This document shows, in pieces, positions 1 through 14,410 of a stretch of 63,230 bases of DNA. Location: positions 335,669-398,898 of the forward strand of contig JAAOMT010000503.1 in assembly GCA_016748015.1 (NCBI GenBank), read 5' to 3'. Within the stretch, counting starts at the first letter, position 1; the number at the start of each line of letters is the position of its first letter. The stretch comes from Geosiphon pyriformis uo1. Lineage: Eukaryota; Fungi; Glomeromycota. Made by a program: the position numbers and the translations under genes. Below the pieces are notes generated by a model. That model worked only from the letters and a program-made list of their open reading frames with translations. It ran no database searches and was not told where the DNA came from.

Positions 1-1269
<1,269 letters not shown>

Positions 1270-1537
1270 TTGCAGAGCTGACAAAATTTTTGCTCATCAA
1301 AATTCTCCCCAAATTTATCTATGATTGGTCAGAAATATCGTGGACATCTACCTTTCAAAGATCAATCTAAAGGAGCTTCGGACTTTCCAGTCTTAGCTGT
1401 GAACGACGAACGTTTTTCCAATTCAAATTGGTTGCCCCAATACTCAGTTCTTTTTGTAGAGACCGAAGTATTCGTATTTGAAAAAGGACTCCAAAGTTTG
1501 CTCAGCAATTTTGCTTTACCTAGATCTACTGCGAGAA

Positions 1538-4301
1538 ATGGACTACTCGACACTTCAAATGCCTGTGGCTCAAAACCCGGACTACTCTTCTCCTGAACCG
1601 CTTCAACAGTCGCCAAGAAATTCACAATCTTCACGGCGACCTCCTTCCAGTGGAAGAGAGAGGGACCATCAACCCCCACAAAGAAGGAGTTCAGGAAACA
1701 CACCGGTAAGCCTAAAGAACATTTTTTTTTACTTGATTTGTCATATTTTATGTTAGCAGAACCTTCATAGACATGCCAGACACATTAGTGCTTTTTTAAT
1801 AAGTGGTCTTTTATAAATGTCGAAGATGAGTTCAATTGAAAAGACTGTAACCACCTTGCTCGTTGCTACCAAATCCTTACTTGAAAGTTTGACTGCCTGG
1901 TCTCAAGGTCGTATGACAGAACAACAAGTTTCTGATGTATATGTACAATTAACCAGCGACTTCCATAAAGCTTGCCAATCCTTTTCAAAACAGGGTATAA
2001 ATGTTAGGTAAATTATTACTTGACATTTGCTGGTTTTTATGCAGAGAATATAATTTACATTTTTGTTCATTTAGTGACTTATCTCACATCCCACCTGATT
2101 TGCGTGCTTGTCTGGAAAAGGCTCTTAGCGAAGAAGCATCGCCTGCCTCCTTAGAATTATATTTGCCTAAGATTAGAGATGTTATAGTAACTTTGCTTCA
2201 AGGACTCAAAGCAAAGCAGGCGATGTATCGGCAGATACACAATAGCGATGAAACACCACAATTACACAGACAGATGTCAGTAGGTTCTGCATCACAACCG
2301 CCGACAAGCGATAATCTATCAGCCTCTTCTCTTCGTCGAAATGTAAGTGCACCACCAGCACCTTCAGTCCCAACCGTACTTAAAACAAATAATTCAGTCA
2401 GGACTGGGAATCCGTTAGATACCCTGAAACAAAGTAATGCACTGGAACGTCGAGCTTCAAAAAGATATTCTGCATATACACATAAGTCAAATCGCGAGTT
2501 ATCACGCCGTCCAAGTTTACTTTCTGATCCCCAAGATAATTTTTTGCATCCCTCTATGACTCCTCCTCGTCAATCTTCTCCCACTTCTGACTCTACCAAT
2601 CAAGATGACGATATACCATTGTCAGAAACAACCACAGAGACTGAGCTCCCAAATAATTCTTTCCAAGAACCAGTGTTAATTACTTCGACTGAGAGAATAG
2701 ATGAAGTTGTACCTATAAAAGTAGAAAATCCGCCGGAAGAAAAAATTTTGACCCTTGATATTCAAGGTGAGGATAATTTTTGTTACTTTCTATAATTAAA
2801 ATCTATGTTTATTACATGTTTAATGTGCTATGAGTTTAATAAGATTTTGATTTGTTAGATAAACCCGAAAAAAAAAGCTTGACGCTCTTCTTACAAGTTG
2901 GAAAAGATGTAAAAAAAACATCTTATGATGGAGATGTCAGCATTTCAGCGTTACGAATGCTGTTTATTGAAAAATTTTCATATAACCCAGGATTAGATGA
3001 TTTTCCTAACATTTATATAAAAGATTCGAGCAACAGTGTATTCTATGAGCTCGAGGATTTGAGTGAAGTACGAAATAATTCTGTTTTAGCTTTGAATGTT
3101 GAAGGTAAAGGAGATTCATGATTCATGCATTGATCAGTTATATTTGTATTAATAATAGTGGAATTATATCTATCATGTAGCGCTTGAACAAGTTAAAAAG
3201 CATATAGATCAAAGCATTGCAGCTTTGACAAAAGAAATTCGTGAAATAAAGAAATCTTTTTCGGAGAATAACGAGCTTCTCCGTCGAGGAAATACAGGAA
3301 CTCCCAATGCAAGCACTTCATCCAGGCCTGCTCCCTCCGAGATGCAATTACGAGAGCTAGCAAAAAAAGTGCTTGCCAATTTCAAACAAAAAAATCAAAA
3401 TGAATCAAAACCAGACAACAAGAACAATCAATGCGAGAAGATTGTCAATGATATTAAAATTCAATTTGATGAAGTTCAAAATCTTCGACGGGATCTGGGC
3501 ATTATGAGACAGCTTTACTCTGAATTCCAAGATGAAACACAACATTTGATTCAATCTCTGACAGATAAAACAACCGCGGTCAAACAAGTGGCAATGACCA
3601 ATGTAGGTTCAGCAAGGGCTTTTATAAATGCGGGGAAAATGAAACTTGATGCAGGATCTCAACAATTATTAACGAGAGTGGATGAGCTTCAAGATATTAT
3701 TGATGAACTCAAAGCGGATGTTACCCAAAGAAAGTGTAAGCCCCGCCCGTCTGCAGTGGATCATGTCAAGAAAGAATCAGATGCAGTGGAAAAAGAATTA
3801 GCTTCTTTATCAAATTATGTTAAGACTGTCAAACCACAATGGAAAAAGACTTGGGAGGAAGAATTGCAGACTATTGTGGAAGAACAGAGATTTTTGAACC
3901 ATCAAGAAGAGTTACTTGAGGACATGCAAGATGATCACCACAAATTAACCGAGGTCTTCTCTAATATTTTGAAAGTGGTTGAAATCAAATCTAAATCGCG
4001 GCCGAAAGAGTTTCGAGTCGTTCCCACGGAAGAAGGTTTTGAGGGTTTGGTAACTGTTCTTCAAGAAGTTCGAGGTATCGCCCCTGATTCCCAACGTAGA
4101 TTGCGTGCAGTGCAGCAAGCTGAGAAAATGCGTGAACGCGAACTAGCCAATCGAATCGATGAATTCGAACAGGAGTTAACCCAATTTGTATCTGAGAATA
4201 AATTAAAAAAAACTGGTGGAGCTCAGGAGGTAGAACGCCTACGGCAAAAAAAAGACGAGGATGCTTTAAAAGAATTATTCAAGACGGCAACTACAGAATA
4301 A
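1538..4301 (+). CDS. BUD6: Bud site selection / actin-interacting protein Bud6/Aip3 (multi-exon; first-exon boundaries approximate)
   Basis: SSIEKTVTTLLVATKSLLESLTAWS (Aip3 N-terminal domain), LERRASKRYS, LFLQVGKDVKK..LRMLFIEKFSY, and coiled-coil core KPQWKKTWEEELQTIVEEQ..LKKTGGAQEVERLR; GT-AG introns link the ORF-track pieces. Confidence 0.9.
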
Positions 4302-4706
4302 ATCAAATTGTCCTATATTAGTCATTATTATCTGTTAGATATATCTATGATAGTGGTTTTAGAATTTTTACATAAATTATCTTTATTTTATTATCGGTTA
4401 AACAATATATAAATCCCAAACTAAAACAAATTATTCATTGAGAATAAAAATCATCACTTGTGAAAAATGGTCAATTTTGGAGCTGTAGGTGAGGCTTCGT
4501 ATTTGAAGAATTTTTCGTCTGGGTTAGACCCTCTTTGAATCAATTTTCAAACTGGATAAATATGAAATTGATGATCAAAAACGCACCCGTTAATCAAATG
4601 GGCGATAATATTAGAAATAGATAAGAAACCAATTTCTCAATTTGGAAACCAAAAAAAGATTGTATATAGATTTTGCATTTCTGCATCATTCTATTTAAGA
4701 TTTTGT

Positions 4707-6006
4707 TTAATCGTCTTCCATTTGCTCGTTTAGGGATTCCTGGAAAATTGAAGGAAATTAAATCAAATTGGGTAGCTGTAAAATATTGTGGAAAAATCCA
4801 AAGTTGAAAGTGAAATATTACCTTTGCCAGTCTCTCGGCTTCGTTTGCAATATCATTGGGCACAAACTGATGCCTTCTGTTTTCTGCGGTTATCCAGCTT
4901 AATTCCAGTTCAAATTCTTTGTCTTTGGCTTCATCATGGACTGTATATATTCTTGAAACATGTAATGAAGATATTTAAAAAAAAATCCCAAAGCAAAAAC
5001 AACAAAATTAATGATAACTCACATTCTAGCAGCTTCTTTCACCGCGTCTAAAACGGTGAGTTCACTAAGTTTGAGCTTTTCAATTTCGGTTTTTGCACCC
5101 TGTTTTCCTTTGCCGATGGCACATCCATGGTATCCCTATGAATGATTATCCATTTTATAATTTATTGATTGGGAAGAAAGCTTGTATAGGAATTAACTAA
5201 CGTCAAAGATTAGAATTACCCAGTAGACACCAGATGGTTCGACCATGAACAATTGAGGCCCTTCCTTATCGACTGTTCCAATAATGGCGCTGCTGCCGAA
5301 AGGACGAACACTCGAGTATAGAGTGTAGGCCTGTACGTATTGCCCTACTCTGTCTGCAATTGCCTATAAAAATCGTGGTATGAGATGTGCAATATAAAGA
5401 ATATCGGCTTAGAAAAAATCAATGATGATACCTTGCCTGTAATTGGAGCTTTATATAGGTCTTTATAGCTCTCTGCCTCATCCCTGGCTCTATTGATAAT
5501 GTGACGTCCGTCCGCTAACAAGCCCGCGGTGGCCTGCGATCAGTTTGGGGAAGTAAGGCGATACGCTTGACACAACACGCATTTTCAAACATAAAGCTGA
5601 ATCTCGTCTTCTCATACCACGCCAATATGGGTATCAACGGTTTGAATTCTGCGATTTGATCCCGGTACAAGTAATTTGGATTGTACTAATTTTTCAACTG
5701 CCAGTACAACTCCGTCTTGGACGCGTAAACCAATGGCAGTTCTATTCAAGTATATAGTGTTCAATTATAATTCGAGAGATAACAACAAAAATCGAATCTG
5801 TTCTAGAAATTCCCAATTGTTACCCGCTGTTATCGACTGCTTTTGCAGCATATTCAACTTGAAACACCCGCCCGTCAGGTGAATAGGTAGATACTGATAA
5901 ATCGTACTGCAAGTAGAAAAAAATGATTAAAGCAAGAGTCTTTCGACTGGAAAATAATAGCATTGTAAATAGCAAATTCACTTGCCCCTGTTCCAATTGA
6001 ACTCAT
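4707..6006 (-). CDS. PRE10: 20S proteasome subunit alpha-7 (PSMA3/Pre10), multi-exon
   Basis: Starts MSSIGTG at 6006; exons give [81 protein letters not shown]; ends [10 protein letters not shown] at 4707. Confidence 0.95.
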
Positions 6007-6183
6007 TAGGAAACAAATTAGGTTGTCAAATTCAAAAAAAGCTCGGATTAAAACAGTGACTTTCTTAAGATAAGATTTGTGGAATCCGTGTAATATTTTA
6101 TAGATGTAAAATTTCATAGATGTAAACGTAAAAAAAAATTGTTCTATGGACTTTTAATGACACATTTTAATAACGGGGCAAAT

Positions 6184-8104
6184 ATGCCTACAAATAACAA
6201 AGGCTCAATTCCTGCTGAGCTTTATCCTATAGTGCGTAGTTTTTTGAGTGATGCAGGATTTGACAAGACTGTAAAAGTTTTTCAAAAGGAACTTGGTCAG
6301 GTTAGTAGCGTGAAATGATTGACTCTACTACGAAAACAATTACTCAAAATACAAACGTTTCTCATTTAGAAAGTGGTTAATGATGAAGTACCGGAGGTTG
6401 ACCTCCTTAAAATCTATAGTTTTTACCTTTTTCATTAGTAAGACAAGGCCTTATGATGATAGCTGAAAGGTTTATGTTTTGGCAAGCTAAACTTTTCTCT
6501 AACCTTTCGCCTGGGAATTTAAATATTATGCAGCCGTAATTCAGAGTCTAAAATACTCTTATCGAATGAACAATCAAATTCAGAAAAAAAAAAAACGGAG
6601 TATGTCGAATCAATTATTTCCTTTTGTTTCTAATCAAAAGCATCCAATTAAAAGTGCCCATCCAAATTCAAGCTCTCCATCCTCAAGTAAAAAATCACCA
6701 AAGGCTTCATCTGTTAAAAAAGATGTAAGACACGCTTCCAGAGCTTCTAGCTCCGATTCCTCAAGTGAAGAAACCTCGAGTAACGAAGAATCTATAACTG
6801 AAGAAGAAAACTCTAAGAAGAACGGCACAAATCAATCAAAAACCAACAAAGTTATAAATAGTGATAACAGTGATGAATTTGAAGAGGACAAAACCAAAAG
6901 TGATGGTGAAGAAAGCTCTTCAAGCGACCCAAGGGTTGATCAAATGCAACTCAAGCCCTCATCTGCCTCTGGAAAAGCTTCTACCTCTGAAGATTCTTCA
7001 GATAATAGTCAGGTGGAGCTCAAAAGAAATAATGAAACAGAAGATGAGTCTACCGATTCTGAACCTTCAAGTGATGAAGAGAAATATATCACTGAGCCTA
7101 AGAATCAGCAAACAACAAAAAGCAGATCTGTAAACAAAAAATCTGAGAAAGAAGCTTCGACCTCTGAAACTTCAACTTCTGAAGATGAAAATAAAAAATC
7201 CCAAACCACCAATATAAAACCCATGATTGCCAAAAATTCGCCTGGATTTGAATTAAAACCAACTGAGAAAGGTAATAACAAGAAGGATGTCGTATCCAAT
7301 AATGAAAAGATATTTCTGACGCAGAAACTATAACTGATTCCAGAAAAAGCAAACATGACCAAGTAGTATGAGTGAACTTTATCTTAACATTTTCTTGAAA
7401 TAATAAAAGACTAACTTAAAATTTTTCAGATTCAAGTTGGAACGGCAAACGTAAAAAGAACAATGTTGATTTATCAGAAAGTGACAGTGACAAAAATCTA
7501 AACAAAAAGGACAAATTAAAACAAAGGTATGATATGTTTAGAGTGCAATCTCCTTTTCGATTTCTGGCTAAGATGAAACCAAAGACCTGTTATGATGACG
7601 CTTTATCTGGCTATTTAGTCGCCCCACTTTAAAAGATCAACAACGCAAAGGTAGTTCTCCAAAGAAAATAAAGGTTAGTATACTTGACTGAATTATTTCT
7701 GTAAATGCTATTTTTAATTAAGTTTCACTTTTATTTTCATTCATTTATTATAGCTTTCTGAAGATAGTACTGGCAAACAGAATGTTGGAATAAATACTTA
7801 TCAAAGAAGAATTGAGCCAGAAAAAGTTGAATTTTATGATGAAAGGCTAAAAAACAATAGCTTCCTCGCTAAAGTATGTAATGATTTATTCATCACTAAC
7901 TATACACTATTCGGTCGTAGTAATGCTTAAAACTAACTTTCATAGGATGGTGCAATTGGATCTTATGGGCATAAGGCTCATCTTGATCTTGTTGTGACAA
8001 GAGGAAGGGATTTTCGCGCGCAAAAAACAAAAAAGAAAAGAGGATCTTATCGAGGTGGGAAAATAGATATGAAATCGCATTCAATTAAATTCAATTTTGA
8101 ATGA
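6184..8104 (+). CDS. SRP40: Nucleolar phosphoprotein Srp40/Nopp140-like, multi-exon
   Basis: LisH-like N-terminus (LYPIVRSFLSDAGFDKTVKVF), long S/E/K low-complexity middle (ORF 6566-7333), and SRP40_C end: YGHKAHLDLVVTRGRDFRAQKTKKKRGSYRGGKIDMKSHSIKF. Confidence 0.9.
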
Positions 8105-8417
8105 CATCTGATATATCCGGCTATCAGTGCACTCAATAAATTTCGGCCATAACAGAATAGAATTCAATGAACTTTTAGTGAAAAAAACTTGGTTTTAATA
8201 TTACAACAATTGTTGGTATTTAATTTTTAAACACTTCCAACTATTAAAAAAATATTAAAAACACATTTATATTAGCACTAACTTTTTTGATTTTTAACAA
8301 TAAGGAAAACATTTTTGTTTTTATGTTGAATTTAGAAATATATGATTTATTTGTTTATATACAAATATAGTCAAATATAAAATTACCAAAAAAACAATAT
8401 TAGTTATTAAATGTTTT

Positions 8418-11400
8418 TTTATTATGATTATTGCTTAATGAGTGAAATTCAAACACTGCTTAGTTTCATACATCAAAAAAATGATCTATACTAGGTGTAA
8501 ATCATGCATTTTCTACACATGACCAGCCACTCAGGCCAATCAAAACAATACTATACAGCTATATAAACCAAAACCAGATTACCTATGTCAGAAAGAAAAA
8601 AACCAGACTGGCAAAAGCCAAAATATATGTCAAAAGTCTCATCAATGCTGAGTAATTTAACCACACCAGCAGAAAGTCCTAAAGCCAAACCAAAAACTGA
8701 AATGGAAGCTAAATCATCAAGAGAAATCAACACATTCTTCTCTATATAGGCACAATATTTGATGCTGTTATCCAAGTAGAAAAACTGATCTGAAGTTATG
8801 AAAAAACATAACCAGAACATGACATAACACAGAATAGTGTACAATAATATTGAATAAACATGTTATAACTTACGATAATGCAAGATAATATGTTACAATG
8901 TGGGATAACACAGAATAATATTAGATAACATGTTATAACATAGGATAACTAGTAATAACATAGAAAAACAAAGCAATAACAGAAATAACAAAGCAATAGT
9001 TAACAATAATGAAACAATCAGAAGCAATCCTGTAAAACCAAAAGAATGTATAAAAGCAAGTAGTAATAAAAAATAGAAAAAAGAACAGATAAATACAAAT
9101 CATTAAACAAGAACCGAATATCCATACCCCTCTTCATTTATTATATTCTCTATTTATCTTCTAAAATAAATCAATTATTAAGAAATCAAAATTATGAATT
9201 CATGTTCTTAAACTGCAAGGAATTTACATGAATTAACCATTGTTCCATATCTTCATTCCAGGACAGATGCTCTTAGCATAACCATCTTGAACTATTAATG
9301 ATTTGGACCAATCACTCTTGATCATGGCAATTGACAATACTAATTTATCTTTTCTTTTCTTTTTTTTTTCTTTCTTATTTTTTGTTTGTGAAGCAGCAAC
9401 ATAGTAAAATCGACTGTTTGAAAATAAACTTTGTGATAGTCTGGTAAAAAAGAGAGGCTCTCCTTAGGTTTTGGATATTAACGTCATCTTGTTAGCTTAC
9501 CAAAAGGGCAAAAAGACAATACCAGACCCTAACAACTGTGCTTGTTAACTCAAAGAAGAAAGCTCACATTTACAGAAAACATTGCAAACAACAAAAGACA
9601 AACTCTGTGTCTTATAACCAAAGAACTCAACAGATAAGTTCACATCTAGGAATAGATTTTTAGAGACTGATAATTAAGACTAAGCCAATGGAATTACATG
9701 GAAGACATATCACCAATAATTGAGAGCACCAAACGTTATCATTTCTATTACCCAGCAAGTTACCTGTAACAGTGCAGACCAACCAAATATCCTCTCTAAA
9801 AGCAAGGCTAAGAGAACACACAAATCTAACAACTTTCAAACTAGCAATCTTGGAGATCATGGAAAACAGACACAGTTTTGCAAAACCAATTATTAAAGAC
9901 AAAGCCCTTATAAAGAGCCATAAATACAAAAGAACCAGAAACACAAGATGACAACAACTATAATACACTTGAAGAAGAATGAGAGAAACCAAAAAGTGAC
10001 TTTCAAGAATTTACATAAGAGTCCAACAACTGACACCAAGCAGAATTATCAATCTTACAAGAAAACACATGATTTGACATTTTCACATTACCACAATATA
10101 AGCACAAAACACTAGAATAGAGTCTATTATAGAGACACTTCTGAATGGCTACAAGCAGATGATAATGCAAAGCCTTCATGAAATAAGTACATGCATTAGC
10201 TGATGGTCTGCTAGTAAAACCAGTGGCCATGTGCAAATCAAGATGTTACACCAATAAAGAGCAAAGCCAATCAACCTTAGAAAGCAAACTACTTGTCAAA
10301 AACTTAGAGCCAGAACCAACTTCCCAATGTGCATGACAAATGAAACAAAAAATATCACGAATAAAGTGTCAAAAATTGCCAGAACAATACTACTATCAGC
10401 CATCAAGAAATGTTTACTTAAGCAAAAGGGAAGAAACCGACCAAAAAAAAAAGTGGCACCAGTAATTGTGTTGGCACACTCATTTCCTGAAACACCAGAG
10501 TAATCTTTTATCTTGTGCCAACTAACTCTCAGATTCTTATCATGAATAACATTAATAATATGCCAATGCTCAACCCAATACTGATTATAAAAATTAAGAC
10601 AAATCAGATCTAATTCTGACCTACAAGCATCCAAAGCAGACTGACTATCTGAGTATAAGTGAACAGAGCTAGATGAGGAAATACACTCCAAGGCCAATAC
10701 AATAGCTTGCATTTCAGCCAAAGTAGACAACATCAACTTTGATATACTGATGCTTAAACCCAAATTAATGTCTTTGAAAAAAGCAGCAGTACCAGCTTTA
10801 TAGCTGACTGTGCCCAAATTCTTAGAGACTCATCCATATACACAGACAAACTACCAGTACCAATTTGAGAAAGATGCTTACAAACAGACACATAATTACT
10901 AGAATCAAAAATGTTCAATGGGCTAATACTACTTGAAACCATGGGAGGAGTAGGAGAAGAGAGTGAACTAGCAAGAAATGCAGCAAAAAGCTTAAACCAC
11001 TCAGAAACAGAGCCATGGAGGTCCAATCTTTTCCAATGCTTAAAAGTGTACCAGTCAAAAACAGGACTGTGACAATTATGAAGCTGTTCCACAAAGGCAA
11101 TACCATACCACCAGAGAGAAAAGAGGAACTTGTAAAATTTTGACTCACCCAAAATGGCAAACATGAGCACTCTATTACAAAACCAAAAAGAACTGGCCAA
11201 AGAACCACTTAGAGACAAATTGCAATCAAGAAAAATACAAATCATGCCCACCAAAAAGTTATTAGAAGCACTGACATGAATACAAACAGGAGAACTTAAT
11301 GGATGAACAGGATGCCAACACAGAACTTGCAAGTCATGAGATCTATAAAAAAATAAGTAACCCAAAATTCCAACAGAGTTCATAAAACAAACAAGGAAAG

Positions 11401-12002
11401 CAATCTTACTTTCAGACTGAACTTGCAAAAAGGATTTTAAACCATAAAAGACAAAGTAGTGAATCATATTACCAGGAAAATCAAAAAACAGATTAAACTT
11501 AAGCTTTAAGCTCTTATGAATCAGAGCATTCTACTTGTTGCATATACTAACAGGAACAAAGCTAAATTGCATTCTGTAGCTAACTATAGGATGGAGAACT
11601 GCCAATACCAAATACAAAAACTGCTTATCTGAGATGGTTTTTTTCAGAACCAAATTGGCAAAAAAACAAATGTTCAAATGCATCTTAGCCAAACTAGGCT
11701 TTAAAAGACCCTCAATAGAAAAAAAAATACCCAGATACTAATAAAACTCACCCTTTTTGGTGATAGAAATAGGTGAGTCATTGATAGAAAGAAAAAAAAC
11801 ACTGACCCTACTATTGATGAGAATAGTTATCATCTTGTCATTGTTGATTGAAATGTCATTAATCCAAAAAAATTTACTAACAACATTGAAAATATATTAA
11901 GTAGCACTCTGATTGTTACCAACCCAAATTATATCATCAACAAAGACACCAGCAGTGAAAAAAGAAGAAAGTCCAGCCTGAGATTTAATACAACTACTGC
12001 TG
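8418..12002 (-). mobile_element. 5'-truncated LINE (RT end, RNase H, C-terminal CCHC, 3'UTR), interrupted by solo LTR 8766-9771
   Basis: Degenerate ORF2 pieces (AEMQAIVLALECI..SDSQSALDAC; CLYCGNVKMSNHVFSC); perfect 12-bp TSD ATTAAATGTTTT at 8406-8417 and 12003-12014. Confidence 0.9.
8766..9771 (+). mobile_element. Solo LTR, third family (C), 1006 bp
   Basis: TGTTA...TAACA termini; 4-bp TSD ATGC/GTGC; splits the LINE codons WLVC(T)|KYCAY; shares CTCTTGATCATGGC and CTGGTAA/GCTTACCA motifs with the other LTRs in the opposite orientation. Confidence 0.85.
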
Positions 12003-12134
12003 ATTAAATGTTTTAATATTAAATTTTAACTAAAATATTTTGTTTTTAAACCAAATCAACATATTTATAATTTTAAATAAAACAAAAAATTTAACAAAGT
12101 GTAATTTTTTTTACTATAATTTTATAAAATATAT

Positions 12135-14410
12135 ATTATTATTATTATTATTATTATTTTTATCTATTTTAATAAGTAAGATCCAAACACTGCCTAGTAT
12201 AATATATCATACAAATGATCTAAACTAAGTGTGAATTATGCATTTTCTATACATAACCAGCCACTTAGGCTAGTCAGGACAACACTAGGCACTTATATGT
12301 ACTGAAACTATGTTACTTATATCTAAAAAAAATAAACAAAATTTACAAAACCCAAAACTAATACCAAATGCATCTGCAATACTCAACAATCTAAACACAC
12401 CAGCCAAAAGCACCAAAGAAAGACCAGAAATTGAAACAGAAATGGAACTATCATGTGAGATCATGCCATCTTTCTCTATAATAGCTCAGTACTTAGTACA
12501 CACTAGCCAAACATCATTATGAAACACAAGACAAAACTTATGCACAAAGACTACAATATGCTAAGCCACAATTTTAGAGTCTTTAAAAACAGCAACAGAT
12601 TCACGATATTACTCCTTGAAAACAAAGCTCTTACACAGAGCTGCACCAACAACAATATTAGAGATGCAAGTAGAAAGCAATCTCGAAACACATAAAGAAA
12701 AATAAGATAAACCTGAGCATGCCCTCCAAGCAAATACATGAATTTTCACTAATTGAGCATAACCAGCAGCATTAAATGGGCAAGAAAACACATGGTCTGA
12801 GATTTTAACATCACCGCAGAATAGACATATTACACTGAGGTAATTCCTATTATAAAGACATTTATGTACAGCAACCAGAAGACAATAATACAATGCCTTC
12901 ATAAAATATGTCTGAAAATCAGCAGTCTGAGTATTAGTGAAATCAGCAGCCAAATGAAAGTCCAGATGCCACACCAAAGAAGATTTGAACCAATCAACAT
13001 CAGCATGCAGACTATTTACTAAGACTTGGGAACCAAAACCAATCTCTCAGTGCGCATGGTGAACAGATTAGAAAACTATGAACAAAATGCCTAGAATTAC
13101 TGGACACTGCAGTACTACCAATTCTGAGAAAATGTTTATCAATCATATGAGAAAGATGCATATCAAAGAATACAACAGCTTTCATGAAAGCATCAGCATG
13201 TTTATTGCCCGAGACACCAGAGTGACCTCTAACTTTAACCCAATTAACATCCAAATTCTTGTGATAAATAACATTAGCAAAGTGGCAATGCTTGATCCAA
13301 CACCAATTCCTGAAATCCAGATGAGTCAACATGGATTCTGATTTGCATGCATCCAAAGCAGCTTGGCTGTCCGAAAACAAATTGACTGAACAAGAAGAAG
13401 GAACACATTCAAAAGCCAGAGCAATAGCCTACAACTCTACCATAGTAGAAGAAACCAGCCCAGACATTCCTACACCCAAACTTAAATCAATGTCCTTGAA
13501 AAAAACAGCAGCACCAGCTTTCATATCAAGAGTATCCAGCCCATTTAAAGAACTATCTATAAACAAAAAAAGATAACCAGAATCAACCTCCAATAGACAA
13601 TCACATACAACTCTAAACTCACAAGACTCAAAAACATTAAATGAACCAACATCTGGCAACAGAAGATTGCAAATAGAAGATGACCCAAAATCATTCAGAA
13701 AGTAAACAGAAACATTAAACCAATAAAGAACCAGGCCTTGAGGGTCTAATCTTTTCCATTGCTTAAAAGTCTTCTATTCAAAAACAGAACCAGTACGATT
13801 GCGAAGCTGCTCAACAAAGGCAATTCCATAATGCCAAAGTGAAGAGAAACATTTATAAAAGGTGGACTCACCAAGAACAACAAACATAAGGGTTCTATTC
13901 TGAAAACAAAAAGCATTGGTTACAAGACCACTCAGAGAAAGGTTGCACCCCAAAAAAATCCAGACAATGCCAGCCAAAAAATTATCTAAAGGATTGATAT
14001 TGATATGAAAAGAGAAAAACAGAAGGTAGTAAGGGTGTCAGCTGAAAACCTGCAAGTCATGTGATCTATGCATAAACAAATGACCCAAGATATTAACAGA
14101 GTTGACAAAACTAACAACAGAAGCTAACTTGCCTTCAACCTGAACCTGTTCAAAAAACTTCAAACCATACAGAGAAGAGTGGTAAACAGCATCATTGAGA
14201 AAGTTGAGCAGCAAGCCAGATTTGGATTTTAGACCCTTGCAAATCATAGTGCCCTATTTTACACACACATTAATAGAAACAAAGCTGAACTGAATCCTGT
14301 AGGTAATAATGGGGTGAAGAACTGCTGACACCAAATACAAGAACTGTTTGTTAGAAACAGCCTTTTTCAGCATGAAATTGGTAAAAAACTAGACATCCAG
14401 ATGAGCTCTT
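12135..14410 (-). mobile_element. 5'-truncated LINE (RNase H, CCHC, 3'UTR, (TAA)n tail)
   Basis: FSDSQAALDAC..WVKVRGHSGVSGN; CLFCGDVKISDHVFSC; (ATT)n run at 12135-12157; same 3'UTR as the other copies. TSD not clear. Confidence 0.85.

Noticed and set aside
1321-1703. ORFs 1321-1596 (+) and 1362-1703 (-)
   Set aside because: They overlap the promoter and first exon of BUD6 in other frames and show no recognisable motifs.
6566-7333. 255-aa S/E/K-rich ORF as a separate gene
   Set aside because: It is the central exon of SRP40, between the LisH and SRP40_C exons.
8815-9020. ATAACA-type repeats as satellite or CRISPR array
   Set aside because: Irregular short repeats with no unique spacers, inside a TSD-flanked solo LTR (U3 repeats).
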